Below, piece by piece: positions 1-5,639 of a stretch of DNA of 7,738 bases. Position 1 is the stretch's first letter; each line of letters begins with the position of its first letter. The position numbers and the translations under genes are program-made. A model generated the notes under the pieces. That model had not been told where the DNA came from and ran no database searches. It saw only the letters and a list, made by a program, of their open reading frames with translations. The stretch comes from a virus (lineage: Duplodnaviria; Heunggongvirae; Uroviricota; Caudoviricetes). The DNA lies in IMG/VR virus record IMGVR_UViG_2802429219_000018. One strand, written 5' to 3'.

Positions 1-63
1 TTTACGCACCTCTTTTCCTAACAAAACGCCAGCCATCTCAAAATTAGAACTAGTGTTAGACAT
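1..63 (-). CDS. possible 5'-partial ORF leaving the window. It starts at the ATG at 63..61 and reads MSNTSSNFEMAGVLLGKEVRK, continuing past position 1.
   Basis: An ATG opens a reading frame on the minus strand that stays open to the window edge. The upstream SD is weak (GAGATAGG) and a TAAAAT -10-like hexamer lies about 20 nt upstream. Only 21 codons are visible, so this is weak. Confidence 0.15.
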   Translation of the reverse strand, partial: MSNTSSNFEMAGVLLGKEVRK

Positions 64-119
64 ATATCCAAGCCTATCTCTTATTTTAAGATACATCTAC
101 TGTCTGGTATTTCAGGGGG

Positions 120-470
120 CCAGCTCAGTCTCAAAACGTGGGCATGTTGTCTCAAAATGCCTGCAAGTTGTCTCATTAAAAACAATAAATATTATTAAAT
201 AACATATAGATATATATTTTTGAGACAACCGAGACAACTGAGACAACCTAAACGATGTATTATGTGAGAGTATTTACAGCCATCAGATAGATTCCCAAAA
301 TTACTTCTATATATATACAGAATGTGGTTGTCTCAGTTGGTTCATTGTCTCAATAGGCAAAATATTGTTAAGTATCAACGCGTTATCAATAATAAGCGAG
401 ACAACCTAGTCAAAAATTGAGACAACTACCCCAAAAAATGAGACAACCACGCTAAGTTAGACGATACCTA
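120..470. repeat. Iteron cluster, read as a crr/ori-like replication origin downstream of the replication gene. Nine perfect and one 7/8 copy of the octamer GAGACAAC (usually TGAGACAAC) occur in both orientations, at minus 146-153, 167-174, 327-334 and 344-351 (7/8), and at plus 222-229, 231-238, 240-247, 398-405, 419-426 and 440-447.
   Basis: Read directly from the sequence. Three copies are tandem at 9-bp spacing (222-247). Three plus-strand copies and two minus-strand copies sit at exactly 21-bp phasing. The cluster flanks AT-rich tracts at 176-220 and 296-320, which could serve as a DNA-unwinding element. The position, immediately 3' of the alpha-like replication gene, matches where P4 carries its crr. 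Confidence 0.7.
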
Positions 471-477
471 TAAAACA

Positions 478-2616
478 CTATTCATCCAGTTCATCATCCA
501 TAAGTAATGCATACGCTCTTAACTGCTTACCGTTCAGATGCTTTATTCTGGGTGTTCTTGTTTGCCACCCTTTACCACTTGAAGGGCGTTTAAGCATATT
601 TGCCCCATGAAGCACACTTGCAGCATGGTTTGCATCAAATCCACTTGCCACCTCGGCTTTAAAAACAGCCGGAAGAACATAAAAAGTTATAGCATCATCA
701 AGGTTTGATTTTCCTTTATTTTTATAACCAGCAAGGTTATGAATACTCATCTGGCTCAATTCATCAAAATCAACAGGTACAAAACGACTAATGCTATTTG
801 CTGTAAGAAATGATGTTGCCTGCTCAATAATCTGCTCGTTTTCCTTATTGCCTGTCCCGAACTCAGCCACCCATACATTAAAAACATGCTGTAACGCATC
901 TCGACACGCTAATGAGTCCCATCCAGTAATATGTTCAGAAAGCAGCATTGCACATTCCATAACTGCAAAACGATCCTTTACTCTATGAACTTGCTCGCCG
1001 TAATGTTGCGGAATAAGAGAATCCCATCGCTCTAACGCTCGTTTATAAGCCTCCTTCGCTTCCTGTTGATGATCTGCAAGCCATCTGATCCACTCACGAC
1101 CCGCCGCGCCATAATTTTCTTTCCATGCTGCTTCCAGTGCCTTCGCATGTTTCTCTCCATTTTCGTATCCATGAAATTCAGTTGGTCGAGATACAGGGAT
1201 ATTCAGTAATCTAACGAGCTGTCCAGCTTTTACTTTGATTCCTGCTCCAGCGAGAAAAGTTTCAATACTTTTCTCTCCTGTACTGATAACAACCGTTTCG
1301 AAATATTTAATTTCACGGTTCCCACCATCAGGACTTCCCTGTAATTTCCCTTTTCCATTAAAAAGAGTATAAGACGACGTAAATACACTTCTGGCACTGG
1401 AAGCCTGCTCTATTTCATCAAGAGCCAATAAACAGTGATTATGTGATTCTGCTTCGTTAGTTATACCCAACGCCGTTCCATACCAGGAAAGCCGTTGTTG
1501 TTTTGGAATTCCATACAGACTTGAGGCAAAATCTTCCGCAGTTGTTTTTCCCGCTGTACTTTGCGCATACAGATGCACACCAAAGCCATCAGCACCAATA
1601 ACACCAATCAGCGGGGCTGCCAGTGACGTAGCAGCCGCCAGCATCTGAAACGGGTTTTTATATGCCAATTTTGCAACATTCTCGCGCCAGCTTTCAGTAG
1701 TTCCTTTTACGCGATAAGCCAGCCTTGAGGCACTTCCTCCGGTAAACATAACTGGGGTTTCAGGCTCACCAATAACATCACCATTTGGCATGATGTAGAT
1801 GCCACCAAACCACCCGGAACGTTGTGTAGCCGTATACTGTAACCCTTTCTGAGCTTCATTCTGTATCCAGTCAGATAGAAGCTCTCTGGCCTTATTTTGT
1901 GTAGTAATTTTTAATCCCCAGTCTTTAAGGCGTGACCATCCCTGAGGGGTTCCAATCATTCCGGCTCTAATACAATGAGTAACCATTTCCCCCCTGAATT
2001 TCCAGCGTAAAGCAATAAACATTGCGTCATTTTCTCTATCAAATCCTTCGCCTAACACTTCCAGAGGTGAGCACATCCATTGACCATGGCGGGTTATCTC
2101 TCCTGAACGTTCAATTTTTGGGGTAACCCAGTACATACCTACTGGATCCGCATTTATACGCAATTCAACGTAAGGCGCCAGTTCATCGCGTGCCTGATTA
2201 CTTGCAGATTGCACAATATCCGTCATCGACACTTCTCCGCTCTCTACCTGTTCACGGATCCGTTGCAAGTAGTCGCGCCAGTTCTCCGGCTCCCGGTCGG
2301 TGATGCCTTTGTATAATTTCGCATCCTGTACGCCAGCCAGCGCCAGCTTTTCAGCAATAGCGTTGATCTGAATTGGCTCCATTTCCCCCGCGATATAAAC
2401 ACGCGCAAAGCGGCGCTCATCGTCAATAATGCGGATATTCGCCAGGTCTGCCAGTTGCTTTGGCCCCAGGTAAACAGGTGGTACGTTATCGCCGTGTTTT
2501 CGTCCTTCGCTTTCAATCCAGTGTTGAGCATGGGAGTAAGCGTCCGTCCCGGCAAAAATGATTACCTCGGTGAATTTATCCTTCGGCTGATATTTTAAAT
2601 TCGGTGCGTTTTTCAC
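478..2616 (-). CDS. P4 alpha-like replication protein of the primase/SF3-helicase family, 712 aa. The N-terminal region is Toprim-like (VIIFAGTDAY). The central NTPase carries Walker A (AQSTAGKTTA) and Walker B (HCLLALDEIEQ). The C-terminal part is a putative origin-binding domain.
   Basis: It is a long uninterrupted ORF. The start is a GTG with a strong SD (GGGAGGT) about 8 nt upstream, and it overlaps the upstream gene's stop as GTGA. Walker motifs are read in the translation. Gene order (small genes, then replication gene, then iterons) matches the P4 left operon followed by crr. I do not see the EGYATA primase motif that I recall from P4 alpha. Confidence 0.9.
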   Translation of the reverse strand: MKNAPNLKYQPKDKFTEVIIFAGTDAYSHAQHWIESEGRKHGDNVPPVYLGPKQLADLANIRIIDDERRFARVYIAGEMEPIQINAIAEKLALAGVQDAKLYKGITDREPENWRDYLQRIREQVESGEVSMTDIVQSASNQARDELAPYVELRINADPVGMYWVTPKIERSGEITRHGQWMCSPLEVLGEGFDRENDAMFIALRWKFRGEMVTHCIRAGMIGTPQGWSRLKDWGLKITTQNKARELLSDWIQNEAQKGLQYTATQRSGWFGGIYIMPNGDVIGEPETPVMFTGGSASRLAYRVKGTTESWRENVAKLAYKNPFQMLAAATSLAAPLIGVIGADGFGVHLYAQSTAGKTTAEDFASSLYGIPKQQRLSWYGTALGITNEAESHNHCLLALDEIEQASSARSVFTSSYTLFNGKGKLQGSPDGGNREIKYFETVVISTGEKSIETFLAGAGIKVKAGQLVRLLNIPVSRPTEFHGYENGEKHAKALEAAWKENYGAAGREWIRWLADHQQEAKEAYKRALERWDSLIPQHYGEQVHRVKDRFAVMECAMLLSEHITGWDSLACRDALQHVFNVWVAEFGTGNKENEQIIEQATSFLTANSISRFVPVDFDELSQMSIHNLAGYKNKGKSNLDDAITFYVLPAVFKAEVASGFDANHAASVLHGANMLKRPSSGKGWQTRTPRIKHLNGKQLRAYALLMDDELDE

Positions 2617-2903
2617 TTCTTACCTCCCGCAACCAACATTGCCCGGATTTTTTTAATATTCGTGGCTGCACGTCTCGCCACCGCCTGTTGTTTGTTTTCC
2701 ACCAGAATAAAATCACGCTCAAACTGACGGCGCGGCATTACGCAGTCATATTCGTAAGCCTCACGGCGGTAGGTGATATTGCCTGGCGTAACGTGACGAA
2801 TAACCACTCGTCCCCCACGTCTGGTGTCGCGGTAAATATCTCCGTGTCTGATTTCAGGCCGAGAGAGACCGCTGGCAGTAAAGCCAGAATTTTTCTTTTT
2901 CAT
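2613..2903 (-). CDS. Hypothetical basic 96-aa protein, translationally coupled to the replication gene. It occupies the position of P4 epsilon/orf151.
   Basis: The ATG is preceded by an AGGAAA SD. Its stop is TGA and overlaps the GTG start of the downstream gene. The overlapping plus-strand ORF at 2604..2948 has no such signals. The C-terminus is lysine/arginine-rich. Confidence 0.6.
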   Translation of the reverse strand: MKKKNSGFTASGLSRPEIRHGDIYRDTRRGGRVVIRHVTPGNITYRREAYEYDCVMPRRQFERDFILVENKQQAVARRAATNIKKIRAMLVAGGKK

Positions 2904-2907
2904 GGTT

Positions 2908-3108
2908 TTATTTTCCTGTCAGCAGTTCCGGTTTTATTCCTGCACTAATACAGAGTTCAGAAAAGCCTTCTGCCGTACTTACAATTTCATTATTTCGCAG
3001 CCGGCATTGTGATTTCACTTTCCCTTTATCCAGGTAAACCAGTATGCGTCCGGTGAAATCCTCTGGCACATTCAGGGTAATTGTCATTGTTGCTGGCTTA
3101 TTACCCAT
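2908..3108 (-). CDS. Hypothetical 66-aa protein. It is a single-module paralog of the adjacent 122-aa protein, with an FTGRILV...G.V...E.F.EL...AGIKP module.
   Basis: Its ATG overlaps the upstream stop by 8 bp (ATGGGTAATAA). The shared motif lines up residue for residue with the first half of the 122-aa protein. Confidence 0.6.
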   Translation of the reverse strand: MGNKPATMTITLNVPEDFTGRILVYLDKGKVKSQCRLRNNEIVSTAEGFSELCISAGIKPELLTGK

Positions 3109-3469
3109 GGTTCACCCCCCCCTGAATGACCTGATAACCGCAACTGGTCAGCAATTCGATAAATTCCGGCAGTGTGCCGAAACAGCAATCATCACGCAGC
3201 CGTTCGCGGGATACCTCGACGCCGTTTTCGTAGTGACTCACCATGCGTCCGGTAAAATGCAGATCATCATCGTGATGGCACGTTAACGGCTTAATCAGTC
3301 GCGCACGTTCCGCCAGTTCCAGCAATGCTTCAACGCTTCCGGCAATTGCACCATCCGGCAGGTGGTAATTACGCACTATGCGCCCGTTCTCCACATTGAC
3401 CAGCAACTGCCCGGTAAATTTCTCGTCAAACTGAATGCTGTTAAGGTCAGAAATTGACAGGTTATGCAT
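3101..3469 (-). CDS. Hypothetical 122-aa protein made of two tandem copies of the ~45-aa FTG module (F18-T19-G20...IKP60 and F72-T73-G74...).
   Basis: Its ATG overlaps the upstream gene's stop (ATGCATAA). The internal duplication is visible in the translation. Confidence 0.65.
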   Translation of the reverse strand: MHNLSISDLNSIQFDEKFTGQLLVNVENGRIVRNYHLPDGAIAGSVEALLELAERARLIKPLTCHHDDDLHFTGRMVSHYENGVEVSRERLRDDCCFGTLPEFIELLTSCGYQVIQGGVNHG

Positions 3470-3665
3470 GGTGCACCTCCTGGCGAATACGGGCAGCGAA
3501 TACCATCACGCAGCCATCAGGAGATTGCTGACGCGCTTCCTGTTCGCTGATGGCCTCGATGTGAATTACGCGCGGTTGTGCCGTACTCAGGGCGATAAAA
3601 CGCCAGATATATTTATTCAGGTTGTGCGAGTCCCGCCCTTGCGGGTGTGTGGTATGATTTCTCAT
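3462..3665 (-). CDS. 67-aa small protein (MRNHTTHPQGRDSHNLNKYIWRF...). It is the first gene after the leftward promoter, the position P4 kil occupies. By recalled family pattern it resembles the Icd-like host cell division inhibitor small proteins of P4-like elements.
   Basis: This is the C-terminal portion of the 331-aa track ORF. The rest of that ORF runs antisense through the operator/promoter region and the RHH gene, so it is not credible as coding. The internal ATG at 3665 has a GAGGT SD 6-7 nt upstream. The family assignment is from memory of similar annotations and is not verified. Confidence 0.55.
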   Translation of the reverse strand: MRNHTTHPQGRDSHNLNKYIWRFIALSTAQPRVIHIEAISEQEARQQSPDGCVMVFAARIRQEVHHA

Positions 3666-3757
3666 AGCTACCTCGATACTGTTGCTATCGTTGGTGGTTA
3701 GAAGCCCGGTTAGTGTTAGCGCACTGCCGGGTTTCGTCGTTTTTATGAATCGATCAT

Positions 3758-3870
3758 TGTGAGATACATAGTCATCACAATGTGAGATATACATTATATT
3801 GTGGTGATATACATTGCAAGTGTTTTTATATCTCACTTTTGTGTATAGTGATATACACATAACTAATTGG
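3758..3870. promoter_or_regulatory. Divergent promoter/operator region carrying five copies of a GTGAGATATACAT-like motif, at 3758-3769, 3781-3794, 3804-3814, 3827-3836 (reverse) and 3848-3860. Candidate leftward promoter: -10 TATAAT at 3798-3793 and -35 TTGCAA at 3819-3814, with a 15-nt spacer. Candidate rightward promoter: -35 TTGTGT at 3839-3844 and -10 ACTAAT at 3862-3867.
   Basis: The repeats are read directly. The promoter hexamers were matched by eye. The spacer is suboptimal on the leftward side and the hexamers are weak on the rightward side. The operators overlap both candidate promoters. Confidence 0.5.
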
Positions 3871-3879
3871 TGATTAACT

Positions 3880-4182
3880 ATGTCTGTATACAAAAATGCA
3901 AAATCGCAAATGACAACGATCAGGGTTCCCCACGATGTTATGGAGGGTATGGAATCCGTAAAACTGGACGGCGAAAGCAACGCCGGATTCATAGTAACCG
4001 CCATGCGTGGTGAGATCGCCCGCCGCCAGGCAGAAGGAAGAGGAGAAAATCCCCTGGTTTCTTCGCTCGATGCACTGGCGCAGGTGGAAAAAATCGGAGT
4101 CAAAGCAGCCGAGGAGATCGGGCAGCTCGTCACCGTCGCGCGTGAAGAACTCCAGCGCCGCAAGGCCAAAGAACAGGAGTAG
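3880..4182 (+). CDS. 100-aa ribbon-helix-helix-like transcriptional regulator, a candidate immunity repressor. The N-terminus reads TTIRVPHDVMEGMESV...NAGFIVTAMRGEIARRQ, a beta-strand followed by two helices. The C-terminal tail is charged and coiled-coil-like.
   Basis: It is the only credible plus-strand gene. A GGTGA SD lies 6 nt before the ATG. The N-terminal pattern matches the Arc/MetJ/CopG RHH fold by eye. The gene sits immediately beside an array of tandem operator repeats, which is typical for RHH repressors. Confidence 0.65.
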   Translation: MSVYKNAKSQMTTIRVPHDVMEGMESVKLDGESNAGFIVTAMRGEIARRQAEGRGENPLVSSLDALAQVEKIGVKAAEEIGQLVTVAREELQRRKAKEQE

Positions 4183-4401
4183 TTGATCAGCACCGGGCAA
4201 CCAGAAAAAATCGTATCAGTCGCGCTACCAGCAAAATTTTTTGCTTTCCGGACAGCGTGGCCAACGGCATTTTGCAGCAAAATATTCTGCATTTCTGGCG
4301 TGCTGTAGTAACGGTGATCAGCGCCTTCACATTGAACGAACTTGTCGCTAAAATTCACCCATATAGCAAACATCGCGGTGCTACAGGTAATTCGTTCACA
4401 A

Positions 4402-4434
4402 AGGCGCTCCGGCAACGGGGCGCTTTCTCTTTTT
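4402..4434 (+). terminator. Intrinsic terminator. Stem GCGCTCCG (4404-4411), loop GCAA, stem CGGGGCGC (4416-4423), then TTTCTCTTTTT.
   Basis: An 8-bp GC-rich stem with one G-U pair, followed by a T-run on the plus strand. On the minus strand the same stem is followed only by CUUUGUG, which would make a weaker terminator for the antirepressor transcript. Confidence 0.55.
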
Positions 4435-4449
4435 GTAACGGTCAGAGCG

Positions 4450-5250
4450 TTACACATGGCTGTTTTCCTCCATGCGACGGGCTAACCAACGCTGCGAAAG
4501 ACGAATTAATTCAGCTTTCCGCTGGTGGTAGTCCTGGCCTAACTCAATCAGCGTGATATTGCTCTGCTCAAGGTAAGAAAGGTGCTCAAGCTGCAATGTG
4601 CTCATGTGGTCGCGTGGTTCGCCTGTGATGTCGTTCGCCTGCGCCCACTGTTTTGCAGTCATGCCACCCAGCACGATACGCGCCAGCATGTTCGCTTCCG
4701 TGGTGTAGTGGTGCTGGAGTGTGTTTTTACCCAGTTCAGCCCGGTACGCCTCCAGCGCGGCACACATTGGCTTAAAGTAGCTGGCAACTGTGATACGGGC
4801 TTTCAGTTCCCGGCGTAACGCTGCGGAACGCACTGGCGCTACCTTGTGTAGCTCCTCCTCGCATTTGATGAAGTACTGACGAACGGCGCGGCCCTGTTCG
4901 GTGCGTTCGACCATCGCCAGTTCTTTCGCCATGTTGATAGTGCTCAGGTAGTCGTGCTCTATACGTTGGCGAGATTTTGCGCTCACCGGATTGGGGGAGG
5001 TCAAATTTTCTACGAATTCAAAATCCACGCCCTTTTTAAATCCGTACTCATCAATGCGTCCTTTAATCCAGGTTGTGAAATCACGGCCTACCCCGAGCGC
5101 CTTATGCAACGCTCTGGCGCTAACAATATTGGTTTCACGCCCGCCAATAACGCCGGAAATAACCGGGATAATTTCGCCAAAATTTTGCAGATTCTGGTTT
5201 TCAGGCCGAACGAAGCCCTGCCCCTGTACGGGCGTTTTTGGAAATTTCAT
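4450..5250 (-). CDS. AntA/AntB-domain phage antirepressor-like protein, 266 aa.
   Basis: The N-terminal half (ARALHKALGVGRDFTTWIKGRIDEYGF...HDYLSTINMAKELAMVERTEQGRAVRQYFIKCEE) matches the AntA/AntB antirepressor N-domain pattern as I recall it. It is a clean ORF with an ATG start. Confidence 0.8.
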   Translation of the reverse strand: MKFPKTPVQGQGFVRPENQNLQNFGEIIPVISGVIGGRETNIVSARALHKALGVGRDFTTWIKGRIDEYGFKKGVDFEFVENLTSPNPVSAKSRQRIEHDYLSTINMAKELAMVERTEQGRAVRQYFIKCEEELHKVAPVRSAALRRELKARITVASYFKPMCAALEAYRAELGKNTLQHHYTTEANMLARIVLGGMTAKQWAQANDITGEPRDHMSTLQLEHLSYLEQSNITLIELGQDYHQRKAELIRLSQRWLARRMEENSHV

Positions 5251-5327
5251 AAAAACTCCTGCTATCGAATTAAGTTACTTTTATTTGCTGGTGGATAGCT
5301 GGGGGCAATAGCCCCGTAGCCATTTAA

Positions 5328-5525
5328 TCAGGTAGCTGTTCCGCGTGATTCCGCAATACGCTGATTAATCCACTCGTCAATTTCACTCTCAACGAAAGCA
5401 ATCGCTCGCGAGCCAATTTTTACAGGTTTAGGAAAACGCCCTTGGGCAATGAGTTTATAGATCCATGCCCTGCCATAGCCTGTACGGCGCATGGTTTCTG
5501 GCATACGAATTAAAGATTGTGACAT
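5328..5525 (-). CDS. AlpA/Vis-family small DNA-binding regulator of the excisionase/transcriptional-regulator type, 65 aa. It uses the internal ATG of the 88-aa track ORF.
   Basis: It carries the family motif RTGYGRAWIYKLIAQGRFPKPVKIGSRAIAFVESEIDEW. The ATG at 5525 has a GGGAGA SD 8 nt upstream. The longer 88-aa form would have to start inside the palindromic operator region. Confidence 0.8.
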   Translation of the reverse strand: MSQSLIRMPETMRRTGYGRAWIYKLIAQGRFPKPVKIGSRAIAFVESEIDEWINQRIAESRGTAT

Positions 5526-5591
5526 GATAATCGTCTCCCGTTGTTTATTGATGCCTACGGGAGACATTGAAGCAGGTAAGACATTGGATAT

Positions 5592-5628
5592 CACCGCAAT
5601 TGCGGTGAATGATACCGCAATTGCGGTA
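5592..5628. promoter_or_regulatory. Two perfect 16-bp palindromes, CACCGCAATTGCGGTG (5592-5607) and TACCGCAATTGCGGTA (5613-5628), 21 bp apart centre to centre. Read as a putative dimeric-regulator operator in the alpA-like promoter region.
   Basis: Read directly from the sequence. They sit 70-100 bp upstream of the AlpA-like start and directly downstream of the stop of the 251-aa gene. Confidence 0.5.
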
Positions 5629-5639
5629 TAGGACTACAA

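Noticed and set aside
120-470. Whether the GAGACAAC repeat cluster could be a CRISPR array or a MITE
   Set aside because: The repeats are 8-9 bp, appear in both orientations and have irregular short spacers. That is iteron behaviour. It is not 28-37 bp CRISPR repeats with unique spacers, and there is no target-site duplication or terminal inverted repeat.
791-988. Small plus-strand ORFs inside the alpha-like gene (791..988 and 2244..2555)
   Set aside because: They are antisense to a long, well-supported CDS. They have no start signals and their composition is typical of shadow ORFs.
2604-2948. 114-aa plus-strand ORF overlapping the 96-aa minus-strand gene
   Set aside because: It has no RBS. 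It runs against the tightly coupled minus-strand operon. The minus-strand alternative has an SD and stop-start coupling on both sides.
3044-3701. Plus-strand ORFs 3044..3286 and 3435..3701 antisense to the small-gene operon
   Set aside because: These are shadow ORFs of the coupled minus-strand genes, with no RBS.
3874-4200. 108-aa minus-strand ORF antisense to the RHH gene
   Set aside because: It overlaps the RHH CDS completely. The RHH frame has the SD and an adjacent operator array. This one has no start signals.
3462-4457. 331-aa minus-strand ORF spanning the operator region and running antisense through the RHH gene
   Set aside because: Only its last 67 codons, from the ATG at 3665 with an SD, make sense as a gene. 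The upstream part crosses the tandem operator repeats and the divergent promoter, and it is antisense to a better-supported gene.
4257-4556. 99-aa plus-strand ORF (GTG start) in the RHH/antirepressor intergenic region
   Set aside because: It reads straight through the strong plus-strand terminator at 4402-4434 and into the antirepressor gene in antisense. It has no SD.
4582-5311. Plus-strand ORFs 4582..4818, 4954..5298 and 4991..5311 inside or antisense to the antirepressor gene
   Set aside because: They are shadow ORFs of the 266-aa AntA-like CDS.
5301-5315. GGGGCaataGCCCC hairpin between the alpA-like stop and the antirepressor start
   Set aside because: It is a short 5-bp stem with no U-tract on either strand. 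It is not convincing as an intrinsic terminator and may be incidental.
5328-5594. The full 88-aa version of the AlpA-like ORF starting at 5594
   Set aside because: The extra 23 N-terminal codons would start inside the palindromic operator region, with no SD. The internal ATG at 5525 has a GGGAGA SD and gives the typical family length of about 65 aa.
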